The notes under the pieces: generated by a model | The model's input: only the letters and a program-made list of their open reading frames with translations | Told to the model about the DNA's origin: nothing | The model's database searches: none | Source of the DNA: the human T2T-CHM13v2.0 reference genome, Homo sapiens | NCBI RefSeq assembly: GCF_009914755.1 | Contig: NC_060925.1 | Reading direction: 5' to 3' (one strand) | DNA length: 64,000 bases | Shown here: positions 14,393 to 30,666 of the stretch, in pieces | How positions within the stretch are numbered: the first letter of the stretch is position 1 | Layout: each line of letters begins with the position of its first letter | Made by a program: the position numbers and the translations under genes

Positions 14393-16789
14393 GTGAGTGT
14401 CCAGCCGTCCAAAGGGGCTGCCCGAGCCAGAGGAACACAGGGCAGCTCTGGGCCCGGGGCGTGGGCTCCAGAGACTGAACTTCTACCCCAGCCTCGAAGC
14501 TCCCTGTCTGTGGCTCCTGTCGCATTCTGTACATCTGTAGGGATGCAATGTGGGTGAAAACTCATGCGTGTGGAGAATGCAATGAGGTGAAGACTGTACT
14601 GGGTGTGACGACTGTGTGGCTTGCCCAGAGCAGCACCTGGATGGATGCTGGCATGAACGTTTAAAAGTCTATCTTGTCTGTCACTTTTTCCTCCAGTACC
14701 CCCAGGGGGCATTCCTGCCAGCCTTGCCTTCCTCTCTACATTCTACCCTCCCTTTCTCCCTCTCCCTCCTTCTCTTTCTCTTTCCCCTCTCTCCCCCTCT
14801 TCTACCACCTGGCAAGTCAGCCCAGGGGCAGGAGGGGAAAGGAGCACATGGGGCAAGAGGGACCCTGGTTCTGCCACTTACAAGCTGTGTGACCCCGGGT
14901 GAGTTACTGAATTGTCCTGTGTCTCAGTTTCCTCATCCGGAAAATGCAGATGGTAGAATCTACTTCAGAGGCTTGGCCTGTGGATTCGTCGAGGTCGGGC
15001 TGTTAAGCGCATCGTGGAGTACCTGCCTGCAGTCGGTGGCTGCTGCCTATTGACAGGCTGGCCTGTGCCTGGGGCTTTTTCCTTCCTGGAAGCTTCAGGC
15101 CTTCCTGAGTCCTGGGTGCTTCTGACCCCCTCCCTGGTCCCTGCACTCTGATCCCTGCCCAGCCTCTGGGCCAGCTCTTCCAGGCAGCCCTTGGGAGCTG
15201 GAACCCTCCTCACCTGTCCAGGCAGGGTTGTCTATACAGCGTGTGTCTTCTAGCTCTCACCTGGGGCAGGGGGCTCCCAGCTATCTTGTGCCAAGCACCT
15301 TCTCTCTCCTGGGCAGCCCCTTCAAGGCAGGCCAGGGTCTTCCTCAGCACTGCATGGCATGGATTGGGTGCCTGCTCTGTGCTGGGCTCTGATGGGGGAA
15401 TCGTCTGAGCCTTCGTTTCTGATTTGCAAGGTGGGCTCCCATACAGGCTTCCTGTACTCCCCCAGTGATGACCTTTGTTCTGCAAGGAGGAGGCAGGGCT
15501 CAGCAAGGTGGACGGCTGGCCCAGGGCCACACAGCCTGGCAGTGGCACAGCCAGCCTCAGGCACTGGTCCTAGGGGTTTTGGTTTGTAAAGGGCTCAGCC
15601 CTGTCCCCTCTTCCTTCCCCCTGCCAGCTCTGTCCACCACCGCAATGCCTACCCAAGAGCCACGTGCTCAGCCTAAGGCCAGGCCCTGGCCCGTCCCCTG
15701 ATCTCCCCAGGACCCTTGCAGAGGCCCTTGCATAGGCTGACTGTTGACTTGGGCACAAAAACACAGTCCACTGAGGCATGTTTTGAATTTGACGAGTTTC
15801 ACAAGCAAGCGCTGTGGTCCCTGTGCAAGGGGGGTTTTTGTGTTTTGATAGTTTCAAGCCTGTTTCCATGACCTGTCAGGCTGAGTGTCTCATTGAAACC
15901 GGCGTTTGCTTTCTTGACATTTTTCTAGTATTAGAATTTCCATTGCCGTCAGTTTATTTTTTTTCTTCAAACCTCTGTGAGAGCAGTTTTGTTACAGAAG
16001 AAAAAAAGAAAGAAAGAAAGAAAACACCTTCCCCTAAGAAGCCAGGTCTACAAAGAACTGAGCCCTGAGACTCAATGGTGGACATCTTATCTCAGGTCGT
16101 TTTTGACCCTCTAGCTTCTGGTGGGACCTTGGGGTCTGGGTTCCGAGGCTCAAGATGGACAGAAAGTGAAGCCAAGACAGGCAAGCTCACAGGGCACCGG
16201 GTGAGAATGGACCGAGCTGGCCGGATGCCCCTTTCCCTCCTGAGCCGTGGGTGGTGAAGGAGGGAAGGAGCACTGGTTTATTGGCACTGGTTTATTGGTT
16301 CGTTCATTCATCTATTCACATGGTCTTCACGGAGCACTTCCTCCTTGCAGGCTCTGTGCCGGGCCCAGAAGCTGTTCTAGCTCCCTCCAAGCTTTTAGAC
16401 TAATTCCGACTGCCCGCAGAGGCCAAAGGCAGACGGGAGGGGAATGTGCGCCCCTTGGCCTCCCACATCCCAGACCTGGGGCAGAGGGTGCTCTTGGTTC
16501 CTTTGAGCAGTGAGCACATCAGGGATCTGTGGTCCGTGCAGGTGCGATGAGAGGCCCACCAACCAGCCCTCGAGTGGATCAACCTTCCCGTGTGTGTCCT
16601 CGGTGACAGGCATTTGCAAAGCACACACGTGATCTCATCCACTCCTCCGGTGGCCTGTGAGGTACTTACTGTTATCCCCGTTGCACAGATTAGCAGCCTA
16701 AGGCACAGGATGGTGAAGTAATTCGTTTAAGGCCACGTGCTGGGTGAGCGGTAGGACGGGGATTTTATCGTGGTTGTTGAGATGTTTGT

Positions 16790-16982
16790 AAAAAGATTTT
16801 TCACCCTTGGCACCATTGACATTTGGGAATGGATGGTTCTTTGCTGTGGAGCGCTATCCTATAGGACGTTCTACAGCCCCTCTAGATGCCAGTAACCTTC
16901 CCTACTTGGGACAACCAAAAATGTCTCTAGACATTGCCATGTGGCCCCTGGGGAAAACCTCCTGGTTGAGAACCACTGGTCT
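16790..16982. mobile_element. MER20
   Basis: caaaaatgtctctagacattgcc ... ggttgagaaccactg. Confidence 0.75.
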
Positions 16983-16989
16983 AAAATTC

Positions 16990-17292
<303 letters not shown>

Positions 17293-18032
17293 TTAAAATT
17301 CTTTTAATCCTTCATTTTTATGAGCACTTGAGTCAATTTCTATTATTCCAGGGAGATTTAGGTTGAAAGAAATTCTTTTTTTGTTTTGAAACAGTTTCAA
17401 ACTTATAGAAATGGTATAAGTATGAAGAATTCATTTTGACCTGAACCATTTGAGAGTAACTGACTGACTGGATGTCTCTCACCCCGAAAACTTCAGTGTG
17501 TGTTTCAGACAGACAAGGGTGTATTTTACACGATGTGGTAAGGATCGTCAGAATTGGAATTCACACTGATACATGACCCACAATGAATTCTCAGGCCCTG
17601 TTGAAGTTTCTTTATTTGTCCCAATAATGTCCTTTATAGCAGAGGACTCCAGCTCAGGGCCACATGTTACATTTGCTTGTCTGGTTTCTCGAGTCTCCTT
17701 CTGTCCGGATCCGTTCCCCAGGCGTTTCTTTCACTTACTGGGAAGAGCGCAGGCTGGTGATTTCATGGATGCTCCTTGCTTTGGGTTTGTCTGGTGTTTT
17801 CTCCCGAGTGGATTCAGGTCATGCATCTTGGGCTGGAAGGTCCCAGGAATGATGCTGGCCTCTTCTCTCTCAGGGCGTCCTGCCAGGTTTCGATGTCTCC
17901 CTTTCCTGGTGCTGTGTACTTTGAGCGCTCGACGGAGGTGATGTCCTGCCGGGCCTCTCCACTGTGACGTCTCCATTTGCTCCTCGGTCATTACTAAGTC
18001 TTTAGGGGCGTTACTTGAGACTATGTCAATAG

Positions 18033-18377
<345 letters not shown>

Positions 18378-19323
18378 TAATTTTCTTCACTTACATATTT
18401 ATATCTGTATGGATTCATGGGGCCCTGTTCTGTTCAATGGGTTGTAATCTCTTACCATCATTTTTTATTTTGGTGCTCAAATGGTCCCAGATGAGGTCAG
18501 GGAGAGCCCCTTTAAGCTGGCTCTTGTGTGCTTTGGTGTATCCTCATCCTGTGCTTTGAGCACGTCCCTTATTCTGAGATGTTCCCAGCTTAACTTGTGT
18601 GCTCCTGCCCCGGCCCTGGAATCAGCTGCCTCTCCAAGGAGCCCGGGGTTTGCATCTCGGGGTACCTGTTGCCAAAGCCTAGCTGAACCTCTGTGCCAAA
18701 TTCCCCCCTTGGGCCTGTTCTGCTTCCCACAGCACTGGGGAATCACAGGCCAGAGAGGGGAGGGGACTAAAAGTGGAGAATAACAGGGATGGAAGGGACC
18801 GAGAGCTTTACATCGCATGTGAGAACGCACGTGCTCCGTGAGCATGGGCTTCAGAGCAGCCTGTGACACCGTGCACTTGTGCAAGGGGGCCTGCTGCTGC
18901 CCAGCATGGTCCTGGACTTGTGTCCCTGGGGGTACCAGACAGGCTTACAAGAAGACAGTGGTTATTCCAAAAGGCAAGGAAACCAACAAATAAGACTAGC
19001 AGATAGAATCAACATTTTTAGGGGAAGAGCAGTTATGAAATCTGACCTCTGTACTTGGCAAGATTTGTTCTGGGTCTTTATCAAAATCCTCATGGGTTGT
19101 AACACGGCTCTTGTCAATGTCAGAGCCTTCCAGATTCCGCCTTTTTACCTCTGTGATTTTACACTTGTTTGGGAGAGTCGGTATTGAACTCTGACTTTCC
19201 ATTCAGTGTGACGGAGTGCAGAGCCATGTTACTTACCATCCTGGGCTTTTCCTGAACCTGCTGTGTGCTCAACAGCATCCTGGACACCTTCTTTTTAAAA
19301 TATTTTAATTTTTAAAAATTCTA

Positions 19324-20243
<920 letters not shown>

Positions 20244-20584
20244 CTCATTTTTAAAAATAGTTTTAGATGTACAGAAAATTGGAGAAGACAGCACAGGAGT
20301 TCCCACATGCCCCACACCCAGTTTCCTCTGTGATTAGCATCTTAAGCCAGCATCGTTCATTTGTCGAAATATGTGAACCATTATTGACACAGGATTACAA
20401 ACGAAAGCCCACACTGTGTTCAGGGTTCCCTTGCATTGCCTAAGGTTCCAGGATCCCATCCAGGAGCCACGTCACATTCAGTCATCATGTCGCCTTAGGC
20501 TACTCTGGCCTGTGGCCGTTTCTCAGATCTTGTTTCTCAAGACCAGTTTCCCTGATGGCCTTGGCAGTTTTTGAGTATTGATCA

Positions 20585-21013
<429 letters not shown>

Positions 21014-21611
21014 TCAACCTGATTTACCACTGGGCACCTTCACTTTTGATATCTCTTTTAATCTTCTCAACAAGCCCCAAAGTTGATGTGATTCATCCCA
21101 TTTTCCAGCTGGGAGGACAGAGGCTCGGAGAAGGGAAGTAATATTGTGCTGAGTTTCACCGCCAAGGAGGCCCCTGCTCCAGGGTGGCTAAGCGGCCTCA
21201 TTGTTTTTGACATTTGGCTGGTTTTCAATTTGAGGGTTATTATAAACCCGCTGCTGTGCTCGGCCTTTTTGTTTTCTTTCGGGTTATTTCCTGAGGGTGT
21301 GTTCCCTCAAGAGGGATGACTGGGTAAAGAGTGTGAGGTTTTTGTTGCCAGATGGCTCTTTAGAAAAATGGAACCAGCCTGCAGGGTATGGGCAGCTCTG
21401 CGATCCCGTTCACCCACTTCCCCTTCAAGGCCGAGTTGTGTCATTTTTATTTATTTTGTTTTGTTACTTTGTCACACTTTTTTTTTTTTTATTCTGTTGG
21501 CCACCCCCAGTGACTTGGTACCAAAGAACAGTTGGCTGCTTGTAAAACTCAAAATCACTCTGGAGGGACCATGATTTAGTTTCACTGACGTCATTGAAAA
21601 GAATGTGCCTC

Positions 21612-22202
<591 letters not shown>

Positions 22203-23180
22203 TTACCCCTAAGAGTGTTTCCCAAACTCACCTAGTGTCCACACAGCGTGTTCAAATGGTCAGTCTTGCGTATACTTTATCCTACTTGTTGACTGAGCAC
22301 TGGTGAGCATATCTGTGAGGACTCAGGGCTGGTGGCTCTCCAGAGCTGCTGAAGTCAGAGATGTGTGCAGGAGGCGGCGTGGCTGACATACGGGCATCTT
22401 GGTGGCAGATTTGTCTAGCCAGGGATGTGTGCCTGACAACAGCATATTCCAGATCTCCGTAGGTAGCGTTCTCAGGAGTGGTTAAAAGCTGGGCATCCCT
22501 GGAGGATGGTCTGCTCTGGGAACTGACTTGCTCCAGGATGAGCTAGATGCCCGGATGCCCTCTCACCTTTCTCAGATGGCCAGTGAGCCAAGGTTAAATG
22601 TTAAATGTCAATATGTGCTTGGGCGTGACCTGGCCCCTGTTTAATATGGGAGAACAATGGGAGTGGAGGGTAGAGGTTTGAGATGAGAAGATAGAGGTTG
22701 TGCATTGAGAATCATTGTATCAGCACCTCCTGAGCCTACAAAAGGATGGGATTGAAGGAAATGAGATGGCCCGAGAGCAGTTGTCCTCCTCGAAGGCTGC
22801 CACCTGGGTGCTTTCAGGCACAAGAAAGAGAAAATCGAAGTCCAGCTGGAGTCAGAAGGGCTCCACAGCAGACTGGCTTCGGGCGTGTCCCAGGCAGGGT
22901 CCAGGTGGCATCTGCAGGATCCATCATCCTGTCTCCATGACCTGCCTTGAGGTCCTCCATGTGGGTTTTGCCTGGTATTCCAGAGAATTCGGGGCTCTCC
23001 ACACCCTGGAGACAGTAAGGTGGGCGCAGCAGCCACAGACGAGCCTCTGACCCAGTGGAAGCCTCCTGGGCTCTGGTTGGGCCTGTGCTTCTCGTGAACC
23101 AATCCTTGCATGTGCGCGGGGGTGGGGGTTGGGAGAGTGGTTCAGTGTGTTCATTGGTTTAGTCATTAGGAATGAGAGTG

Positions 23181-23485
23181 GCAGCCAGGTGTGGTGGCTC
23201 ACGCCTGTAATCCCAGCACTTTGCAAGGCCAAGGCGGGCAGGTCAGGAGGTCAGGAGTTTGAGACCGGCCTGGCCAACGTGGTGAAACCCCGTCTCTACT
23301 GAAAATACAAAAAAAATAGCTGGGGTTGGTGGCACGAGCCTATAATCCCAGCTATTCGGGAGGCTGAGGCATGAGAATCACTTGAACCCAGGAGGCGGAG
23401 GTTACATTGAGCCGAGATCATGCCACTGCACTCTAGCCTGGGCGACAGAGTGAGACTCCATCTCAAAAAAAAAAAAAAAAAAAAA
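23181..23485 (+). mobile_element. AluS
   Basis: TSD ggaatgagagtggc. Confidence 0.92.
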
Positions 23486-23739
23486 GGAATGAGAGTGGCC
23501 AGGGGATAGAGGTGGTCCCCTGTCCTCCATCTGCCACTGGAGAAGTGAGCCTCCTTGCCTTGAGCTGGGGTGGGCACTGACTCTGAAACCCATCGAGGGC
23601 TCTCCAGACTGAGGACCTGACCCCTGGGCTGAGTTCAGCACCACCTGTGATCCAGGAGGACCATTTGCCAATAGTTGGGGCGGGTGGGGCCGGGGGCTGC
23701 CAGACTCCTTGGTGAAGTTGCTGCTCTTGCTTTTTGCAG

Positions 23740-23765
23740 ATTCCAGACCCAGGAGGAGCTCAACG
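23740..23765 (+). CDS. TNFRSF8: TNFRSF8 exon 13, 26-nt micro-exon (DSRPRRSST)
   Basis: ttgcag|AT ... ACG|gtaagt. Confidence 0.95.
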
Positions 23766-24358
23766 GTAAGTACCCCTCCCTTGCCCCCACCTCAGCTTCG
23801 TGCCCCTAAATCTGACTCCTTCCCTAACAGATCTGAAGTTTTGAGAGCTGCTGGGGGAAGGGAGAGGGAGGGGACGGACTGGCCATTCCCCTCCCACAGT
23901 GCCCAGGGTGCAGGCCCGTCCTGCAAGTTCAGGCTGAGTCTGACCCACCACAGGGACCTCTGTGCACAGAGGCCTCGCCTGGGGCCTCAGCCAGGCCTTG
24001 GCTAAGGATGGAGAGCCCCACCCTCATAGCAGCCTCCAGCTCCTGGCTCAGCCTGCCGGGAATTTCCAGAAGGGCCTGCACACAGTGGATTTGGTTTGGG
24101 CCACTTTTGGGTACCAGGTCTGGTCAGGAGGAAGACTGTGTTCATTTTCCCCTTTTCTTTACTCTTCCATGAATCTCATCCTCCAAGCTGGATGACAGAG
24201 CAGGTGGCTATGGTCCATTCCTTTTTTTTTTTTTCCCCATCTATCAGTTCTTCCATTACTTTCTTTTAATTCAAGCATTCATACATTAAGAAGGGTTTCT
24301 ATCCTTTCATTTTTCAATATAATATACACAACCATAATGCTAGTTCAGTTTCAAATTA

Positions 24359-24826
<468 letters not shown>

Positions 24827-24907
24827 TTAGCCTTCATATTATTATGAAAGAGTATTCAAGATTATGTATTAAGGTTGGTGCCATTTGCCATTAAAAGTAA
24901 TGGCAAA

Positions 24908-25474
24908 CCTGGTTTAACCCTTCTGATAGGTAGTTGTGGATGTTGGGGTTGAGAACAGAATAATCTTTGTCTGGAGTGACACCACACTCTAGAATTTCCA
25001 CTTTGAAAAATACTCAGTTCTTTTTTTTTTTTTTTTTTAATTTTTTTAGTATTTATTGATCATTCTTGGGTGTTTCTCAGAGAGGGGGATTTGGCAGGGT
25101 CATAGGACAATAGTGGAGGGAAGGTCAGCAGATAAACATGTGAACAAAGGTCTCTGGTTTTCCTAGGCAGAGGGCCCTGCCGCCTTCTGCAGTGTTTGTG
25201 TCCCTGGGTACTTGAGATTAGGGAGTGGTGATGACTCTTAGCGAGTGAAGAATACTCAGTTCTAAGCTGTGGTTCCTGGTAGAACAAACTTTATTTTTCT
25301 AGCTCAGCAGTGATCTGGAAGCTGAGGAATCTCAGCGCCTTTTAAAAGTTATTATGTGGTTTTGTTTTAAAAAGCTCCTGTTTTGGGAAAGTAGAATTTA
25401 TGGGTATAACATATGTTCATTATTTGTACATAAAATAAAACCATTTAAAAAGTAAAAAATAATAATAATAATCA
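24908..25474 (+). pseudogene. 5'-truncated processed retrocopy (mRNA 3'UTR end of an unidentified gene), interrupted by SVA
   Basis: TGTA + AATAAA (25434-25439) + decayed A tail from 25454; TSD taatggcaaa. Confidence 0.7.
25021..25245 (-). mobile_element. 5'-truncated SVA (SINE-R 3' end plus poly-A)
   Basis: Reverse of ...gaaacacccaagaatgatcaataaatactaaaa; 18-bp TSD at 25004-25021 and 25246-25263. Confidence 0.85.
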
Positions 25475-25924
25475 TAATGGCAAAGACGTGATTACTTTTG
25501 CACCAATCTAAAAGATACGCCCTCTGTGCCTTGAGAATCATTGCGTCAGCACGGGCATCCCTGCCTCCTCTGAATTACTCACACTCACTCCATTTTGAAG
25601 GCATCAGGACATTTCATGAGGCCACTTCTTTGCCCTTACCTGTAAAAATCAAAAACTAAACTGACACTTTCCTCATGACATAGCTGTTTTTTTGTTTTTT
25701 TTTGTTTTTTTTTTAGCATTTAGAAAATATTTATTAATAATATACATGAATTTAGATTATATAGTATAGAGGTCACCGGGCTTGTCACTTGAACTAACAG
25801 TAGTCTGTTTTTAGAATGCTTGAGTGTGATCATAAAAGACTACTTTCCAGGATGTCGGGGCTGGGGAGCTGGAGGGGCTGCTCCAGGAGGTGGGGGACCT
25901 GGAGCTGGTACTTACAGACTTGGG

Positions 25925-26170
25925 TGCTTATGAGTGTGGGTTATGGACCAGATGCCAGGGTTCAAATCCTAGCTCAGATACTTATTGATGGTATAACCCT
26001 GGGCCAATTACTCGACTCCTCTGTGCCTCAGTTTCCTCATCTGTAAAATGGGGAGTGGGCTGTTACCCACCTCATACAGTGGTTGTGAGGATTAACATAT
26101 GTCAAGGACTTTAGGACAGGGCCAACGGACGTGGCGAGCACCCTGTGAGTCGCTGACTGTTACCCCTACT
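25925..26170 (+). mobile_element. MIR
   Basis: MIR core. Confidence 0.75.
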
Positions 26171-26363
26171 ATTTAGTACAAATTAAAAGCAACAGACTTC
26201 ACCCAGAAAGCTGAGAAGCCCGGGGCAGCTCATGGCAGCTTTTAAAGCAGAAAGGGAGACTCACTGGGGTCTGTAGAGATGAAAAAAAAAAGGGGCCTCC
26301 CAGTTCAGAGACTGGTGGGGAGGTTGGGGGTACCCTGCAGCAGCACCCATTCCCGTCCCACAG

Positions 26364-26571
26364 CAGCTGAGGAGTGGTGCGTCGGTGACAGAACCCGTCG
26401 CGGAAGAGCGAGGGTTAATGAGCCAGCCACTGATGGAGACCTGCCACAGCGTGGGGGCAGCCTACCTGGAGAGCCTGCCGCTGCAGGATGCCAGCCCGGC
26501 CGGGGGCCCCTCGTCCCCCAGGGACCTTCCTGAGCCCCGGGTGTCCACGGAGCACACCAATAACAAGATTG
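26364..26571 (+). CDS. TNFRSF8: TNFRSF8 exon 14 (QLRSGASVTEP...TNNKI); contains Met464 (26418)
   Basis: cacag|CAG ... G|gtgagt; 208 nt. Confidence 0.96.
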
Positions 26572-27869
26572 GTGAGTCAGCCTGTTTTGGGAGGTCCCCT
26601 GCAGCCCAGGGGCAGATGGGAGATGAATACGGGGCCCTGGGCCCTGGAAGGGACCTGGAGACCCTGGAGTTGAAAGGCCCAGGAAAGGAGAGGCATAGAT
26701 TCTTCACCCCAACTGAAGTTTCTGTAAGTAGGGACAGCGAGGGTACTTACCTCGTAGGCCATTGTGCGGATTCATGAGCCAGTGTGCATGAGATGCCTGC
26801 TGTTACTCATAAAAAACGAACACCACCCCAGCCCCCAACACCGAGCACCCGAGGGGACAGGAGGAAGACGTGCCAGTGGTCACAGGACCTGCCACTTGTC
26901 TGGCGCATTCCGGGCACTGTGTAGGTGCCATCTCTTCATCTCTGATGGTCTCACCACCTTCTTTGGATGGTGTCTTTCTCCCCATTTTACAGTTGGGGAG
27001 ACCGTGGCTCAGAGGGTGAAGTGATTTTCCCCATTGCATGGCTACTAAGTGGCACAGCTGGAACTCGTCCCGCATCTGCTGGGCCTTGAAGCCCGTGGTT
27101 TGTCCACGTTACCACCCACCCTCTGCAGAAGCAGGAGGACAGATGGGGCCCAGATGTTCAGAGCTTCCCAACGGCAGCTGCTGCCAGCCTGGACAGACAT
27201 TGGCTTTGGCCTCCTGTGGGCCTCCCTGCCTCCTCTCTTGCTTCTCATCACCTTGGTACGGCATTTTCCCCAAAATGTATACCTGACCCTATTGCACTCC
27301 TGCCGAGAAGCCTCCAGCAGCTTCCCATTCCCTATGGGATGAATTCCAGCATTCTTATTCCAGCACTCAAGGCTGACAGCAAGTTGTAGCTCCCCGACCA
27401 GACTCACCTACCTTCTGACCCCACAGTCTGTCCCTCCCCCTCATGGCAGTCTCCCAAATTTACAGACCCCTCTGTCACTTCTGAGCTTCTCAATGGGAGC
27501 TACCCCCTCGCCTGAAATAGCCAACTCCACTGCCTTGAATCCAGTTAATTCTGGATATCCTGGGGACCCTGCTTATTTGCCCCTTCCTCCAGGAAGCCTT
27601 CTGTGCCCTCTCCACCATGCTATGCTCCCTAAGAACCCAGGCCTCCCCTACCCGGTGTCCTAGCACCCAGTGGTGTGACTGCGTGTTTATAGCCTTCCTC
27701 CACCTCCACCTGGCTTTGTGCTCCCTGTGGGCAGGGCCTTGGTGGACCCCACCTCTGTCGCTTCTGGAAGGGTAACTGGCACTGGGATAATACTGAAGAG
27801 TCATTTGTAATTGTCCTGTGCATTTCTATGGCAGACAGTGGTGGCCAGAACTCTTCAGGGCAGTCATCT

Positions 27870-28071
27870 TCTCTTTTTATTTTTTCAGCCTCCTGAGTAG
27901 CTGGGATTATGGGCGAGTGTCATCATGCCTGGCTAATTTTTTGTATTTTTAGTAGAGATGGGGTTTCACTCTGTTGGCCAGGCTGGTCTGGAACTCCTGG
28001 CCTCAAGGTGATCTGCCTGCCTTGGCCTCCCAAAGTACTGGGATTATAGGCATGAGCCACCATGCCCAGCC
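27870..28071 (-). mobile_element. Internally deleted Alu
   Basis: Reverse Alu lacking much of the right arm. Confidence 0.8.
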
Positions 28072-30421
28072 TGGGCAGTCTTTTGTAACAAACTGAAGCT
28101 TTTGAAATGGTAGCTTTTAGTAAGTTTTATTTGAAAAGTATGTATTTTGGGAAATACCATCAAAGGCTTCTTCAGAATTCCTAAGAAGTCCTAACTGGAA
28201 CTTCTGAGTCCACACTGAGTACAGTGCCTGGAATCCCAGGGGTGGGGTTCAGAGGGTGTTTGATGGGGAGGAGAAGGAAGTACCAGGCTCCCAGGCAGCT
28301 GGCTCAGGTGTGGGCTGCCCTCCCCTGGCATGGCCTGCAGGCCTTGCTGGTGAGTGGATCGGGGGCCACCTCCGCCATGGTGGAAAGGGAAGGCCTTGGA
28401 GGTTCTCTTGGGCACCCAAGACACAGGCAACCCCCTTGTCCTCCTAATGCCAGCCCAGGGTAGCGTTCCCCCTTCCCATCCAGTTCCCAAGAGGGGTCAC
28501 ACTGGGGTCTGTACATCGTCCCTCTTCCCCTGGGAACCAGGCAAGGGAAGAACCCCTTTCCCCCCAACTTCCTCACCTGCCCTCCCCACATAGCCAAGAT
28601 GAATTCCCTGGACTCTGGAGCTCTGGGGAGGGGGCAGGAAATCCATGCAGCCCTTGGAAGCCACCCCCACAGCCTGGGGAGTAGGCAGCCTGTGATGGGG
28701 GCAGAGCCAGAGCGGGGCAGACCCCTCATGGCCGGCTCTGAAGTTTCCAGACCCCTCTTTCACTTCCGAGCTCAGTGGGAGCTGCTTCCTCACCCAGAGC
28801 AGCCAATTCCACCGCTTTGAATCCAGTTAATTCCAGATTTCCTGGGGACTCCTGCCCATTTCCCTGAGGAATGTGAGGGGACCAGCCTGTCCCCAGCTGT
28901 GGCTCCTTCTCCCTAATCCAGCACCCCCACCCTCACTTCCCTCCCACCTGACCCCACCCGCCTCTCATCTTCTCTGCCCATCCCCCTCTGGGCCTTCTCT
29001 CCCCTCCTGGGGTCTCCTCTCTCACCACCCCCGGCCCCCATCTTTTGCCCAGCCCTCTATAGGGCTCCTAGGGCTGGGAGCCCACAAGCCTGATGGAGGT
29101 GTGGGGAGTGCTGAGGCCCTGCTCTGTTTTGGGGTCTGTGGGGGCGCCCAGCCCATAGCCTGTCCCGCACTCTGGGCCTTCTCCTCTTGCTGCCGTTTGG
29201 CGCACTTCTCTCTTTCCTGGGGGTGTTCAAAACCAGAATAGAAGAACCAGCGTCATGCAATAGGGTTGAGGGTGTGGGGGACTCGAGAACCTTTTTGGGG
29301 TTCCTGAATCCGAGGGGTATAACTGCATTACCCAGAAAGGCAGGGGTCCCTGCACCCCCACCCCACCCCAGCTCTCAAGTTCCCTCTTGAGCTTCCCCAT
29401 TCTGGCCTCCAGAGTCCAGCGCAGAACAGCTGGGAGCCAGCCCACCCTGAGCCAGACACCATCAGCTGGGCGGAGGCCAGGCTTCCCCACTCCCCAGCTC
29501 CTCGGGCCACTGAACCTGAGCCCCCATGTCCCCTCTATCAGAAGGCCACACCAGAAGCCCCCACATCAGACTGTGGCGAGGACCGGCCCTCCGTCCAAGC
29601 TCCCACCATGTGCTCACAGCACAGCCATGCACGCTGCAGGCAGGAGACCGGCTGTGAGCAGTAAGCCCCGAAATTCACGGCCTGAGCCAGGCTGTCTCAA
29701 TCATGGGCTGCCGAGACCTATTGAGGGGGCCGGGTTTTCTGCAGGATGTGACAGGCTGGCTGAGTTTGCCCGGACCGAGGGGACTCCCAGGACACGGGAC
29801 TTGCAGTAGTAGAACCAGGAATGTTCCCGGGCAAGCTGGACAAGTTGGTCACCCCGGGTTTTGGCTGCAGGCACACAGATAGGAGCAGAAAGGGCCACCA
29901 GGCGGAGTGGGTGGTTTTTTTTTGGGGGATTTCTCCTAACTACGTGGCGACCTTGGGCAGGTCATTTAACCTCTCCAGGCTTCAGATTCTTACCTGTAAA
30001 TGGGAATCTTGATGGGGTCCGCCTTGCAGGAGGGCTGGGGACCCAGGAGTGGGGGTGTGGAAACTGCTCAGCTCTGCTGTTTCTGCTCGTGCTCTGGTTA
30101 CCCACGGCTTTGCCTGTTTTTGTCCACAGTTTGCTTTCTGTCCCACCCTGTCCTCTTCTTCCCTACCCATCCCCAGAGATGTGCTGAGAAAATCCTAAGT
30201 ACAAGTGGGCTGGTTCTTAACTCCTCAAGGCCCAGCTCCTAGCTGTTCTATTTCCTCTGAGCCCCCAGGATGCCTGTAAGGTACATCAGAGAGGCTGTGC
30301 CATCAGCCTGAAGCCACCCGGCAGGTGTACCAGCACTGGGCCTCGGCCCTTCTCTGCCTCTTTGCTCCCATCCTGGCTGGTGCTCTGGCCTCCCTCGCTC
30401 ACCCATCCTTTTGCCTTGCAG

Positions 30422-30666
30422 AGAAAATCTACATCATGAAGGCTGACACCGTGATCGTGGGGACCGTGAAGGCTGAGCTGCCGGAGGGCCGGGGCCTGGC
30501 GGGGCCAGCAGAGCCCGAGTTGGAGGAGGAGCTGGAGGCGGACCATACCCCCCACTACCCCGAGCAGGAGACAGAACCGCCTCTGGGCAGCTGCAGCGAT
30601 GTCATGCTCTCAGTGGAAGAGGAAGGGAAAGAAGACCCCTTGCCCACAGCTGCCTCTGGAAAGTGA
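30422..30666 (+). CDS. TNFRSF8: TNFRSF8 exon 15 coding part to stop; TRAF-binding motifs PEQET (30559-30573) and SVEE/EEEGKE (30610-30633)
   Basis: ttgcag|AG; ends ...AASGK TGA. Confidence 0.97.

Larger units (their letters stand above)
24869..25511. mobile_element. MADE1 (Hsmar1 MITE) split into halves 24869-24907 and 25475-25511
   Basis: aggttggtgc...gccatt..aagtaatggcaaa and taatggcaaa...attacttttgcaccaatctaa. Confidence 0.75.

Noticed and set aside
18879-19202. Opposing ORFs in intron 12
   Set aside because: No recognisable homology or splice support; lengths compatible with chance
25021-25245. HERV-K LTR5 solo LTR interpretation
   Set aside because: Poly-A directly after the signal and an 18-bp TSD indicate L1-mediated SVA insertion
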